Below are positions 12,455 to 28,517 of a stretch of 64,000 nt of DNA, piece after piece. The position numbers and the translations under genes were made by a program. The notes below the pieces were generated by a model. The model saw only the letters and a program-made list of their open reading frames with translations, was not told the DNA's origin and did not search any database. This DNA is from Prorocentrum cordatum (lineage: Eukaryota). The stretch spans positions 1 to 64,000 of the forward strand of contig CAUYUJ010000319.1 in the NCBI GenBank assembly GCA_963575745.1, in the 5' to 3' direction. How positions within the stretch are numbered: position 1 is the stretch's first letter; each line of letters begins with the position of its first letter.

Positions 12455-14958
12455 GTGGAGGCCCCGTTGCCAAGAAGCATCCTGCCTGCCTCGACAGGGT
12501 GCCCTGGGGATGTCTTGGGTTCCGCTGGTCTGGCGATGGAGGGCGTGGCGTCCCCACGCCGGAGACCGGTGGAGGCCCTGGGGCCTCGGGGCCGGGCTCC
12601 TCGCGGAGGGTTTCTTGTGGCCGGGCACCCGCCGTGCGCCCGCCGCCCTCGGAGACCGCGGCCGGCCCTGGAGGGGGGCCGTCGGAGCCCACGGGCGGCC
12701 CCGGAGGGGCCGCGGGAGCCACCAGAGCCCGACGTCGTGGTTTGTCCTCCTCCTCCTCCTCCTCCTCCTCCTCCTCCTCCTCTTCCTCCTCCTCCTCCGC
12801 TTCCTCCTCCTCCTCCTCCTCCTCCTCCTCCGCTTCCTCCTCCTCCTCCTCCTCCTCCTCCTCCTCCTCCTGGCGCCGACCCTCAGGGAGGTCTCGGCCC
12901 ATGCCCCATGGGCCAGTTTCTCCTCCGGGGGCCGTGTTCTGACGGCCCCGGGGGCCGGAGCGACGGGGCCTCCAGAGGCCGAGGAGATCGGCGGGGAAGC
13001 CTCACCTTGCGTGATCTTGTCTCTGCCCGAGGAGAGAGCGTGCTGCGCGCGTAACGAAGTCAATGGCGAAAGCATGAACTGCTTGGCCATGGTGAGGCGG
13101 CCCTGCTGCCCACCTCGAGGACCGCCATGATGCGAATCCGGCCCCGAACCGTGCTCCAGAAGAGATGTTGAGGTCGAGGGCCTGTGATGACCTCCATGAC
13201 GATCGTGTGGCCCGTGATGACCTCAGTGACGACGATCGGGCCCGCGGGGCCCTGCCCCGCAGGCTGACCGGGGGCCTCTCAGCCTGGCCCGGTCCGGCCC
13301 GGCGCGGCGCGCCCTGCGGGCCCTATAGGGCCTGGCCTTGCGCCCCGCGGCCGCGGGGCCAACGTGCGGTCCCTGGGGAGGAGCTGCCGGAGGCCCTCGC
13401 GGGGCGCGCCGGCGCCGCGGGCCCAGATCCCCCTCTCGAGTCATGAAGACATCACGACGGGAGGTTTCTAGCTATTTTGGGTCTCTGGGGGCCCGCACCG
13501 GGCCTCGGGACCGTCAAGAAACGACTCAGGATGAAGTAGCGGTCCCGGGGGAATGGGTCGAGACCTCCCGAGTCGACGTTATGAACAAAATCATGACGTC
13601 GGGGGTCTGGGGGGGAGTGCACGGCCACAGCCCGTGCAGCAAGCGCGTCGACTGGACGTGGGCCCTTCGCCGGAGTGGCCTTCGGTGCGGCCCATGGGGG
13701 TCCCCCTGTCGCCGAAGGCGATGACATCGCGGCGTCCTGCGCGCTTGTGTCCAGCCCCCCCGCGGCCTCCACCGCGCACCAAAGGCCCCTCTTACGCGCC
13801 GGTCGTTGGAAGTCGGTATTTCTGGACTCCCAGGTCCCAATCTCTACTTTGGGCGCCTTCCTGCTTCAAGGGCCGAGTGGTGCTCCCTCTTCCCTCCTCT
13901 TCTCGGGGGGCGGGCGGAAGCCCGATCTGCTTCCGGCGCCTTCCTGCCTCACGTTTCTGACACCTCGGGGATCGTTCAACCTTGAACGATCGGCCGTTTC
14001 CGAAACGTCCAAATCGTTCTACACCGAACGATTCTGGGTCGCCCGCGGCGTTCAACGTTGAACGCCGCTGGCGGGGTCGCCGCCGGCGTACGAAGGCCGC
14101 CAGCACGGCATGCTACATTGAAGCCGAGGGCGCTCACGCGCGACCTCACGCCCGACCGACGGGTGCCCAGGGTCGCTCGTGCAGCCGATCGCGGGCCTGG
14201 CCGGCAGGGCGGCGGCGCCGGCTCCGGCGCTGCAAGAGCGGCAGGCCCTGCTCGAGGGGCGGGGCCTCCGCGCGGCCCGCCGCGGGCCCGCCGCGGAGCG
14301 CGCGGCGTTCTCCTCAGGGGCGCGCGCGGCGCCCGCGTGGCCACGGCAGCGGCGCAGCGGAGCTCCGCCGCCCTCGTCCTCCTCGTCCTCCACCATCCTC
14401 CTCCCTCCTCCTCCTCCTCCTCCTCCTCCTCCTCCTCCTCCTCCTCCTCCTCCTCCTCCTCCTCCTCCTCCTCCTCCTCCCTCCTCATCTTCCTCCTCCG
14501 CCTCCTCCTCCTCCTGCCTCCTCCTCCTCCTCCTTCCTCCTCCTCCTCCTCTTCCTCCTCCTGCTCCTGTCGCAGAGTGCCTGCTCGCAAACGTCTGGGG
14601 AAAAACATGTTGGTCTCGACGCACTGGATCGTGACTCCCCCACCGACGGGTCCGGGCCGTTTGCGAGTAGTTATACTTTGCCAGTGCGCATCGATCGTTG
14701 CAAGTGCTGGTATGTCTGGACGCCCAGATTCCAGTCTGCTTTCAGCGCCTTCCTGCTTCACTGATCGAGTGGCGCCCCCTTTCCGGTCCTCCCTTTAGGG
14801 GGCGGACGAAACCCAACCTGCTTCCAATGCCTTCCTGTTCCATGCTCCTGCCTGCTTCTTCCAACCGATGGGTCGTGGACCGCGCCGTCCATAGACTGCG
14901 ACAATGGCGATAACATGTGTTAGTATTAACTCTTAAGTCAAAATATAACAACTATTTG

Positions 14959-15133
14959 TCGGGGGATGCACAGACCTCCTACCCCGACGCGTCGATTAAG
15001 GAATTGGCCGTTTCCGCTTCGCGAGAGGGCGTCGCGGCCGTCATTTTTGCGGGTCCAGGTCCGTCGGTTTCGGCCCCAGGCCGTTTTCTTCACTGAGGGG
15101 AGGTCCACTAAAGGGAGGCTTGTCCACCGCCGA
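14959..15133. mobile_element. TIR MITE with perfect 5-bp TSD ATTTG
   Basis: tcggggga...ccgccga ends; ATTTG at 14954-14958 and 15134-15138; homologous to 11374-11545. Confidence 0.8.
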
Positions 15134-15546
15134 ATTTGGTATTGAGAGAAACACGTTTGAAATTTGCATGCTTCCACAGCTTGCAGTCGCCCGGCAGCTC
15201 AATCCATGGATGGAGGCCTGCGCGGCAGCCGCGGCGCTGCGCCCCCTCTCTTTTTTTGTCCCACTCCAGGCGCCTCCATCCTCCTCCCTGCTCCTCCTCC
15301 CCCTCCTCCTCCTCCTCCCTCCTCTTCCTCCTCCTCCTCCTCCTCCTCCTCCTCCTCCTCCTCTCCTCCTCCTCCTCCTCCTCCTCCTCCTCTCCATCCT
15401 CCTCATCCTCCTCCATCCTCCTCCCTCCTCCCTCCTCCATCCTTCCTCCTGCTGCTCCTCCTCCTGCTCGTCCTCCCTCCTCCCTCCTCCTCCTCCTCCT
15501 CCTCCTCCTCCTCCTCCTCCTCCATCCTCCTCCATCCTCCTCCATC

Positions 15547-15567
15547 CCGTAGCCATTTTGGCTCAAG
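15547..15567 (+). other. Genomic copy of the dinoflagellate spliced leader (21 nt)
   Basis: Exact CCGTAGCCATTTTGGCTCAAG. Confidence 0.95.
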
Positions 15568-17991
15568 GGGCCTTCTCCTGAACTTCCAACCTCGCTCAAG
15601 CGATTGAGGCGTGTTTGTTTGTTCGGATTGATCGCACCAGAGACTGTGGCCGGGGGTTCGCGACCCCATGACTAAATCCCAGTACGTGCAATGTCGGCAG
15701 TGCAGCTGCCAGTGAAATTGGCGTGCGCGGGCGACCTGCTACAAGTGTGGAGGAGGCCTGCAACCGAGTCCAAAGGAGGTGCCCCCCCCGAGGACAGTGG
15801 TTGTCGTCGCCTTCACCGCCGCAGCCGCCTCCGCAGCCATCATTCCCGCTCTCCTCGCCCTTAACATCCAGCTGCACTTAGCCCCTAGGTTCCTGCGTAG
15901 CCTGCGTTCCTTCTCGGATGTCATCCTTCCGTGGTGGGCGTTGCTCGCGGGTTGCAGGTCGGCCCAGTATTTGGCGGCGTGTGTGCTGATGGATCCCATG
16001 TTTGAGATCAATTTCAGATTTCAGCCAGGGCTCGAGGCACGCGCATGGGTCGATGACGTGAATAGCAGAGCCGAGGGCACAGCCCAGATCGTCACTGACA
16101 AACCTGTCGCTTTGCCCAGGAATTCAAGGAAGGCCTAGACCAGTTGCGATTGACCCTCCCTAGTCAGTCTTGCACTATCGCTTCGCCACCGCTCATTGCT
16201 GAGGGGGTGGGCAACAAGCTCGCTAGAGCAGGCATCGTTGTGCAGATTTCAGGTCGTGCCCCAGATCTCGGCATACATCGGGGACATAATGTAAATCGCC
16301 GTCGCAATAGAGGCCTTCAGAGGTGGCGCAAAGGCGTGCGTAGAGGTAATCGAGTTGCCACCCTGCGCTCCCTCAAGTCGTTCAGTTGCTGCAAGCTTTT
16401 CAAGACTGGCGCAGTTCCCCAAGTTATGTACGACTCTAAACTTTTTGGTGTGGCCCCAGGTAGACTTCAAAAGCTGCGGCAAGCCGCCGCTCGTGCCGTT
16501 TGGGGGCAGAAGCAAGGCAGGTGTCTCACCACAGTTTTGGCCCTTCGTTTTGGATCCAGGGGCCTTGAGGTTGTTGCTGTTCTAGGTTTGTTGGTGGAGT
16601 GGTTCCGTTATCTTATGGCGAACGGGGCCCGGATCGAGCGCCTCCGTGATGTTTGGGGGAGAATTTATCGCTGAATCGCCACCATCCCAACCAACCGCAG
16701 GTGTTTCCGAATCCGAGTCACTATCTCTGCTACTATCACCACCCTTTTGTCTCTTGGATGGGGCACCCCTGGGCTCTTTGAGTGGCGGGGGCCATTTGAT
16801 GAGCGCTGGGGGGCCCCCGTCCAAGACCTCGTTTATCTCCACCCGTTTCTTGCTTCTTTCGGCCCCTCCGACCTGCTGGCTGCCGCCCGCAAGACCGCGG
16901 AGAGAAAGCCGTGGGCATGCGCGCCCACCCAGCACCTGGGAGGAGGTATGGAGGAGGGTGTTGGTCTTTTCAGTTTACGTCAACGGTTAGCCGCGCTCGA
17001 CAACGCCCAGGAGTATGAACGTCGGGCGGCCATCGGGTGCGCCGCAGCCGCGGGTAGGTGGCCCAGGCAGCGTATTGCAGAGCGCTGTGTTTATCAAGAT
17101 TTTTGATCCTACATGTCCTAGGTATGGCGCGGCCCCAGAACGCCATAGGCGCGGTGTCTGGCAATGCCCCTGCAATTCCGACGCTCCTGAGTGCCAAGGT
17201 ATGGGCGGCGCCGTAGAAATTGCTGGGACAGCCCTCGATCAGAATTCAAATGTTTGTTTTTTGGCTCTGTGGCATGATTCCGCCCACCTTCGCGCCCCCC
17301 CCCCATCGACCCACCCCCCCGATGCAGTTGAGCTGCGCGGCGTTGCTTGCCCACCTCGTGAAGCTAGCGGAGGAGCCGCCCTCGGAGGCAGCGAACCCCC
17401 AGCTGAGATTGTGGATCGCCTCGTCGCGGGGGATGGGTCGGGCGGTGAGAATGCTAAGGGCCCAAGGCTGAGGCGTTGTGCCTGGGCGTGGGTCGAGCTC
17501 AACCCGAGGAGCGTGGGCGCTGATGCACTGTGCCGTCGGAGTGCCCCCAATGCAGGCCGCAGACAGACCAGTAACAGAGCCGAGCTTTGGGCTTTCCTGG
17601 ATTGTTTGCAGCAGCTTTCTGGTGATTCGGCTTATTTGTGCGATTCGGCCTACGTGGTCCGTGGGTGGTTTAAAATCCTGGCGGGCGGTCTCCCCGAGTC
17701 TGATCTCGATGTGTGGTTTTCCGTGTCCCAGTTGGCCGTCTCCAGGCAAGGTCTAAGTTATGTTTGCAAAGTCGAGGGCCATGCCAGTGCTGAGAGGTTC
17801 AGTGCGATTGGCCTCCCCGAACTGTTTCGTCTCGCCAATATGGAGGCCGATCGCGTCGCTTCGCGGGAAGTGGGCCAGTGCCAGGTTGTTCCCCAGGTGT
17901 CCCAGGACGTGTTGGCCATCGGCTCTCTTGCACAGCAGGTTCGATTCCGTCTCGCTAACACTCTCAGTGCGTCTGCGCTTCGTGACAGCCG

Positions 17992-18028
<37 letters not shown>

Positions 18029-18558
18029 CCAGGCCACTCGGTGGCATTCGGAAAGCTGGCCTCAGCAAGCTCGAGAAGGCCGTCCAGGCTTCCCCTCATA
18101 AGAACGGCCTCCAGTTTTTGGAATCTCGGTTTAGTTGCAGGTTGTGTCGTCATCAGCCCTCCAAGGATGGGGTTTTTGCTTGGCTCGCAACCCCTTGCGC
18201 CCCGATTCATTCCGCTGCTGCCCCCTCCGCCTCCTCCCAGGACCCCACTCGGATCGGCAGCCAGGTTGTGCACAGCTCACGCACGTGCCAGTTTTTCGAG
18301 CATGCAGGCGGGTGGGCGTGCACCAGTTCTGGGGCCATAGGGATGGACAGAGCCATCCAAGGCTTCGCCCAGGAATGCACGACTCGAATCTCTTCCAAAG
18401 GGGAAGACAACCTGCGGAAGCTGCAGCGAGGCCTCCTCCAAGGCGCCTCGGCCCGCGCGAAGGCCTTCAACAAGAAGGCCCGCGAGGGACAGGGCGGGGT
18501 AGCCCACCTTCCTCCTCCCCAACTCCCCCTTGAGCTCACTGGAGCGCTCGGTGCAAAA
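15547..18558 (+). mobile_element. Degenerate, internally deleted non-LTR retrotransposon (LINE): ZnF start, RT C-terminal half, RNase H, C-terminal Cys/His region
   Basis: ATG 15668 gives MTKSQYVQCRQCSCQ*NWRARATCYKCG (RanBP2-like ZnF). RT motifs LLAGC...RAWVDD lie at about 15940-16057, followed by LFKTGAVPQVMY. RNase H motifs are AGDGSG, QTSNRAEL, CDSAYV, KVEGH and NMEADRVA (about 17420-17860). Several stops and frameshifts; ends in AAAA at 18555-18558 within a CCTCCAT tract. Confidence 0.85.
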
Positions 18559-21542
18559 CTCCATCCTCCTCCACCCTCCTCCATCTTCCTCCATCCTCCT
18601 CCATCCTCCTCCATCCTCCATCCTCCTCCTCCTCCCTGCTGCTCCTGCTCCTCCTCCTCCTCATCCTCATCCCTCCTCCATCCTCCTCCTCCTCCATCCT
18701 CCTCCTCCTCCATCCTCCTCCATCCTCTTTTTCCTCCTCCTCCATCCTCCTCCTCCTCCTCCTTTTCCATCCTCCTCCTCCGCCTTCTGCTCTTCCTGCT
18801 CCCTCCCCCCTCCTCCCCATCCTCCTACTCCCCCTGGAGCGTCCTCCTCTTCCTTCACCCCCTTTCTCGTCCTGCTCCATCCTCTCCTGCTCAACTCCTC
18901 CCCCTCCTCCCCTCCTGCGTGCCGTTTTCCCCGCTTCCCAAGTCCTTCTCGCCGCCGGGGAGCAGGGGGGGGGGCATTTCTTGGGGGCCTAGTGGGTCCG
19001 TGGGCCCCCTAGATCTTTTGGCGCCCGTGGCCTTTTGCACTTGCTCGAGGCCTGCCAGGGACGCTGCCTATCCGCCGTCTGTTTGTGAATGAGCGGAGGG
19101 TTAGGTGTGCTGCGCCGATGTATCGATCAAGCCCGCCGCAGACCGTATACCGGGGTATGAACTTGGTCAATCTCGGAGAAATGGTGAGCGCCAGCGTGGT
19201 AGGGGTCCAACTGCTCAGCCGCTGCGGTCCTTGCATTTCGCGCGTTCCAGTGTCCATAGTCTGAGACACTCTAGCGGAAAGACGACGACTGAACAGGCGA
19301 GGGAGCAGCCATCAGGCACCGAGTAGCAGCGTGCTTTTTTCAATAGCGGCAGGCCGGGGCTAGTGTCACCACCCACCAAACCACCCCAACTCAACCCGAA
19401 GGCCTCAATTTGCCATCCAGTTCCACTGTGGGGGGGGCGGGGGACAGTGAAAGAGCACATGGGACCGTACCCCCCCCAACCCGAAATTCGGGTCGAATTC
19501 GAGTCTTCGGGTTGGGCAGGGGTGGTCTGGTAGGTCGTCGTAGGGACCTCCCCGAGTCTTGGCCTCTGGCTTGGTGGGGAGTCCAGCTCGGCCTGTAGGC
19601 CACCGAGTTCGAAGCCACTCCAGGGCCCGCGGGCGGACCAGGCTGGGTCCACCATTTAGCCTTACGTCAGGCCGGGCTTGTCCCTCCGCAGGGGGAATGT
19701 TCAAAAATAGTCAAACAATCGTCTGGGGAAGGTTTTTGGACAATTTTTGATTATTTCGGGTATCTTCAGCAGACAATTTTTATTTTTCGTCCAAGGTTCG
19801 CTTGTAGGATGACATGTCCGACCTACATGTAGCCTGCACCACCTGATTTCGAAGAAGGAAAAAACGCCATGAACATTAACTTTTGGCGCTCCGCGCGGAT
19901 TTCTTGGATCCGCGCTGCGCCCCCCCCGTGGCGCGCGGAGCGCGCCAGGGGCGGATCTGAGAAATCTGCGCGGACCTCTGAGCTTTATGTTTATGCCATG
20001 TTTCGCTCCCCGAATTTAGCCTGCATCACCTGGGCGCTGGGAGCGGCCATGCCGACCACTCGGGGCTCAAGGATCGGGGCGCTCACCGGGCCCCGATCCC
20101 TGGCGCCGCTCCCCGAGAGCCTTCCCCCCCGGTGCTAGGCCCCTCGGCGGCACTGCTGCTCCACAGCAGTCACGCCCACGTCAGGGCTCGAGCTACACTT
20201 AAGTTGGGCCTGTCCCTCTACAGGAGGAATGTTGAAAAGAGTGAAAACATATCTGGAGACGATTTTTCTATTATTTTTGATCATTGTAGAGTATGTTTCG
20301 ACAATGTCTCATTTTTCGTCCAAAATCCCCCTCTAGGAGAGCGTGCCCGACCTACGTGAAGCTACGCGGTGTTTTGGCGATTTCGAGGGCCGCTCTCGTT
20401 TTGATTTCCTTTCGCAGCGGAGGCGGAGCGGAGGCGGAGCGAAGGAGGAGGAGTAGGAGGAGGAGGAGGGGGAGGAAGAGGAGGAGGAGGAGGAGGAGGA
20501 GGAGGAGGAGGAGGAGGAGGAGGAGGAGAGGAGAGGAGGGAGGGGAGAGGGAGGAGGAGAGGAGGAGGGAGGAGGAGGAGGAGAGAGGAGGAGGAGGAGG
20601 AGGAGGAGCGGCAGCCCTGGCCCATGCCCTCGCCGTGCCCAGCCGGGGCAGTCCCGGGCCCCGTCCAGGCTAGGCGCACAGGAGGCCCTAGCCAGCCTCG
20701 GGGGCGGGAGGGCGCGCGCACCACGCCGCGGGCCAGGGCGGCCCTGGCCGCGGCGTGGCGTTGCCGTGGAGCTCCGGCGGTGCCGCTCGGGCACGGTGCT
20801 CGCCCGTCGCGGTGCCGTGATCGTCCCTCGCGCCGCAGGCTCGCCGCGGGCTCCTGGGGGGTGCCTCGTGATCGTCCCCCGGGGTGTGGCTCTGCCGCTT
20901 CTGCTGCTCTCTTGGGGGTCCCTGATCGTCCCCCCTTGTGGCGCCACTCGGCGCTCCCTGTGGCACGTCTTCTCCGCTTCACCGTGTGGATTGTTCGACC
21001 GGGGTGTTCTCGACAGCGGCATGGGAAGTTTGGCTCCGCATCCGGAAGAACATGTGTGCGTGCCTCCTGCTGGGGCTTCGTCGTGTCCCTGCTCGCCAGG
21101 GCACTCGACACGTGCGCGAAGCTGTGCCGTGAATACCACGCCCCCTCGTGGCTCCCTTGCTCCAAAACGCACACCGCTCGAGGCGGTGGAGAGCTTGACA
21201 TATCCATACCACAACGTGCGTGCCTCCCGCCGCACTGGTCGACCAGAAAACGAACGATGCCACCCCACCTGCGGCCCTCCATGCTGCGCTGCGGCCCATC
21301 GGGGGGTCAGTAATCAGCGCATGCCACGCCAACGCCCACGCCAGATTTTTTCTGGTAGGCGCTCAGCCCCGTGGGGCCGCGGGTGGGGTCCCCCGTGCCC
21401 GAGTCGTGCAGTCTGGCCGAGGCGTAAGATCGAGGTCGGTTCGGGGAGGGTGCCTCATGCTTTCCTGACGTTCTTTGCGTCTTGGCTGGCGGAGGGCCTC
21501 GCGTCCTAGAGGGATGTTCTTCGGTCCTATGTCCGACTGTAC

Positions 21543-21705
21543 TCAACAGGGGAAAAAACACAGGCACAACTAGTCACCGATCCCCCAGAAAAGATGGGAG
21601 CATACGGGAAGTTGGGGAAAGACAAAACATCAAACACTTATGGGAACACATGGGGACTCCTGGGATCTGTGTGTGTATTTATTTGTGTGTCCAAGGGCTC
21701 CTTTC
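21543..21705. mobile_element. About 160-bp MITE-like family (tcaggagg...cccagaaaatatggga...gggcccc) with TSD TGTAC/TGCAC
   Basis: Homologous to copies at about 21934, 30739-30897, 37985-38147 and 59302-59466. Confidence 0.75.
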
Positions 21706-22776
21706 TGCACGTCTCCCCGAACTGGGGCAGGGCACCCAGACATCCGGCTGCTCCAATTTTCTCGATGCGTGGGCCCCGGAGCTCCAGACCACCCCCCCGG
21801 GACCGGCTTCTCGTCCTGACCCCGTCGTTCTCTGACGCTCCCGAGGCCTGGCGAGGGCCCCACGGAGGCCGAAAACCGTCAAACTCCTTGCGCTCCCATT
21901 TTTCTTGGAGCGTTGGATCTCTGGGCCTTTCTGTCAGGAGGGAAAAAAACACGGACACAATTCATCGTCGATTCCCCAGAAAATATGGGAACATATGGGA
22001 AGTGGGGGGAAGACCCCCCCCCCCAATATATTCCTATTTATATTTTTTTACAGGGCCGGGGACCCGGAAAAGCGGCACACGGTGCCCCCCCCCCCAAATG
22101 AATTTCGGCCTCCCCGAGCCTTTGGGGCGCTCCTGCAGAGTGCTCCGTGTCTGTCCTGCGAGTGCGACGCGAAAAAAAAAAGTCCCCACGACGGCCAAAG
22201 AGGGCCCCGAGACACCCAAAGATCGGCCCAAGACGCCCAATCTGGGCCCAAGACTGCCCAAGACGCGTCCAAGACGCCCCCAGAGACCCCCAAGAGGTCT
22301 CCCAAGAGAGCCCTGAGAGGCTACAATTCTTGGTTTTCCTGTGTGTGTTTTCGATGTTTTTGGCCTTCTCGCTTTTCCCGCTTCCCGACGCTCCACAATG
22401 GCCCAAGAGGCTCCCCAGATCGCCCCAATACTGCCCAAGAGGCCCCAACACGGTCCAGGAGGGCTCCGAGACCGCCCAAGAGGCGCCCAAGACGGCCCAA
22501 GAGAGCACCAAGACGGCTCCACGAGAGACCCAAGAGGGCGCCCAAAAATTCAAAAACTAAATTTTCCGCCGCGAGAGGGCCCCAAGAGGCCCGGAAAGAG
22601 CCCCATGAGGCCCCAAGAGGCTCCCAAGAGGCCCCAAGGCGCCCCCAAGAGGCCCCCAAGAGGCCCCCAAAAGATCCCTCAAAACTGCCTCCCAGAGGGC
22701 CCCGAGAGGCGCACCACGAGATCCCAACACAGCGGTCTCCCCCTCTCATTATCCCTTCTCTTTGTCGTCGCCTTCT

Positions 22777-22813
<37 letters not shown>

Positions 22814-23442
22814 ACTACTCTTCAGTGTCAGTGCCTCTCCCCTCGTCCTTCACCCCTCCTCCCTCCTCCTCCGAGAGAGAATCGAGAATGGAGGATCAAG
22901 GTTTTCGGATTGTTTGTTCTGGGGGGTTTTCCGGCCTGGGGATTCCTTCAGTATCTGCGACTCGCCGGAAGCGTTTTGGGGGCGCCGGAAACGTCGCGAA
23001 CGGCCCCCAGAGGCCCGAGTCATGGCCCGAAAACCACGCGGGGGCATCAAGGGAGGAAAAAGAGGGGGGAGGGACAAACTAGGTGCGCTCGCGTCATATC
23101 TGACGTCCTACCCCTCCCTCCCATCCCTTACCATGGCGCTGATTTTCTCTATCCGCGGACGCGTGTCGTAGCGGACCTGTGGCTCCGCGCGCGCGTGCGT
23201 AGTGGGTGGTGGTGCGCGTGCGTGCGTGCGTGCGTGTGTGCGTGGTTGTGGGTGGTGGTGTGGTGGTGCTGGTGCTGGTGGTGGTGCTGGTGCTGGTGCT
23301 GGTGCTGTGCTGGTGTGGTGCTGGTGCTGGTGGTGTGGTGGTGGTTGGTGGTGGTGGTGGTGGTGGTGGTGGTGGTGGTGGTGTGTGTGTGTGTGCGTGT
23401 GTGCGCGTGTGCGCGTGTGCTGTGGCATGGCACGGGAAATGG

Positions 23443-23602
23443 CGCCAGCGCTGCAGCGGGAGCACGAGTCGAAACGGGCGGAAACGCGGAAATGAGGCCA
23501 GCGCTGCAGCGGGAGCACGATTCGGAACGAGCGGAAGCACGGAAATGAGGCCAGCGCTGCAGCGGGAGCACGATTCGGAACGAGCGGGGCCCGAAAATGA
23601 GG
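23443..23602 (+). repeat. 3 x about 53-bp tandem repeat
   Basis: gccagcgctgcagcgggagcacga...aaatgag repeated three times. Confidence 0.85.
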
Positions 23603-24906
23603 TCGGCGCCTCAGCGAGAGCAGCATTTTGAAACAATGCAAGCGAAAACCCAACTCCCGGGAATCCTGTGTGTAAAAAAGCAGGACGCGGGGGGGGGGGG
23701 GGTCGGCTACTCCCAGCACGCCATCAGGGGAAGGGGGAGAGTAGTATTCATATTGAGTAACTGTGGAGGAGGATGAGGGGGAAAAGGGGGGCGAGGAAGA
23801 GGAGGGGGACATCGAGGAGGGAACGAAGACGAGGGGAGGGGGATACGGGGGATTCAGCACCTGGACGCGGTGCCCTTGCCTACCTTGCCGGAGAGGGCCG
23901 GCCGAATCCGAGGAGCCCCTGGGGGATTTCAAAACCTCCACCGCTACCTTCGGGCCCCCTTGGCGGCTTGGGAAAAACCGTTCCTAATTCGGGGGGGTTC
24001 TCTCACCCTTTGCCGCTTGACTCGCAGAGAGGCCGAGCGGCACCGCGCCGCGCCGCCAGGGATGGGGAGAATGGACAAAAAAATAAGCGGAGAGGGGGGG
24101 GAGGAAGAGGAGGAGGAACAGGAAGAGGAGGAGGAGGGGGAGGAGGATGAGGAGGAGAAAAGGAAAAGGGGAAGGAGGAAAAGGAGATAACGGAAAGTAG
24201 TCTAATCCGCTTCGCCAGAGATATGCTCGCAACTCCGACCTCAGAAGCGCCTTGCTTCGCATCGGTCCCGCCGTTTTCGCTTGAGACATCATCGCAGCTC
24301 TGGGGCCCGAGACGCTCTCAGTTGAGGTGTTCCAGCCACTGCCGCCTGAGACACTCTCGCAAGTCTCACTTCGGAGGTGCCTTGCACCATGGTGGTTCGG
24401 CCACTTTCGCGTGCGACTTCTCGCAACTCTACGTTCAAGGATGCCCTGGGCAGAGGTGTTTAGACCACTCCTCGCTTGAAACTTCCTCGCACGGCTGACT
24501 CCGGATATGCCCTCCCCTGAGCGGAGGTGTTCAGGCCATTTTCACCCGGGGCGTCTTCGCAACGCTGACCTCGGCGACGCATTGTCCCATGGTGGTCTGA
24601 CCACGTTTGCCTGAGACCCTCGCGCCTTTTAGTGGCGCGATGATATGAGCAACTGGTCAGGCCACTGCCGCCTGATATACGCATGTGTATGCGCGCACAC
24701 AGTTACACGGACCATTTGCATGTACATGTACATATCCATACAAACGTATATATATATATACAAATGTACATATGTACTATGCATTCATAGACGCATGTGT
24801 GTGCGCATGTACGCACGCGCGCACTCCGCTCGCGTGCGAATTCCAAAGGACCAAGGTGCATGGCGCGCAGCGCCGACGCAGCCTTGTGTGTGTATATATA
24901 TGTATG

Positions 24907-24940
<34 letters not shown>

Positions 24941-25042
24941 TGCATGCATGCATGTATGTATGTATGTATGTATGTATGTATGTATGTATATAGGGAAACA
25001 TGGGGAATCATGTTATTTGTGAGCATTTGCTTGTGCGTCCCA

Positions 25043-25430
25043 GGGTCCAGTCAGAAGCGTGCTGGGACGGCGCATCGGTTGCGGTGCGCGGCTGCTGCAG
25101 GCACTGCCGCTGGGGCTCGGGGTTCACCCAGCTCGCAGTGGCGTGTCCTTCAGCAGCCTGGGAAGTATGACGATGAGCAGACGCATTCGAGCGAGCTGCC
25201 AGTGCGAACTAGCCAAGGACAGCGACAACAGCGAACGACAAGTGCGCGCAGCACCCGGGCGGGAGTTCAATTCCGAGGATAATGGGCCCGGCGCCGAATC
25301 GTGAGCAACATTCTTCCATCTCGCGCAGGATGAGCGCCGCGCCCCTCTTCTTGTTGCGCACGCTGGCGCCGCGACGGCACGTCAATGATCATGGAACGCA
25401 ACTTGGCGCTGTTTGTTTCCGCGTGTAGGA
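25043..25430 (+). repeat. Uninterrupted paralogue (empty site) of the sequence flanking the 31048-34910 retro-insertion
   Basis: Matches 30921-31047 joined to about 34932-35185; single copy of tcagcagcctgggaagtatga at 25150-25170. Confidence 0.9.
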
Positions 25431-25814
25431 TGTGCATCTCTCTGTGCGTCCCAGGGCCCCCCCCCGAGCTGGGGCAGGGCAGGGCAGAGGGCCGAAGTGG
25501 TACGAATTACAACCGACTAGGACCAATCCCAACCGTTCGGAGTGAATTGCAACCAGAAAAGAGACCAATTCCAACCACAAATGAGACCAATTCCAACTCA
25601 ACCAAAAATGAGACCAATTCCAACCACGGATGGAATCTTCGGAAATCCTCCGGATCCCTTCGAAATCTTCAGTATTCCTCAGGATTCTTCAGGACTCCTT
25701 GGGATTCCTTCGGAATTCCTCACGATTCTCTCGGAGTTCCTCACGATTCCCTCGGAATTCCTGAGGGTGCTTTCGGAAATCCTCAGGCTTCCTTTGGAAT
25801 TCCTTAGGAATCCT

Positions 25815-28517
<2,703 letters not shown>

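Noticed and set aside
12880..13420. Coding-like GC-rich stretch
   Set aside because: No frame gave a recognisable protein or consistent exon boundaries.
15547..15620. SL RNA gene
   Set aside because: The SL is not followed by a GT/GC donor and SL intron; it leads into retroelement sequence. The same holds at 31048, which leads into a 5' UTR.
24200..24660. Possible leucine-rich-repeat exon
   Set aside because: It looks like a degenerate ggtgtt..gccac...gcctgagac..ctcgca minisatellite with stops; no LRR register.
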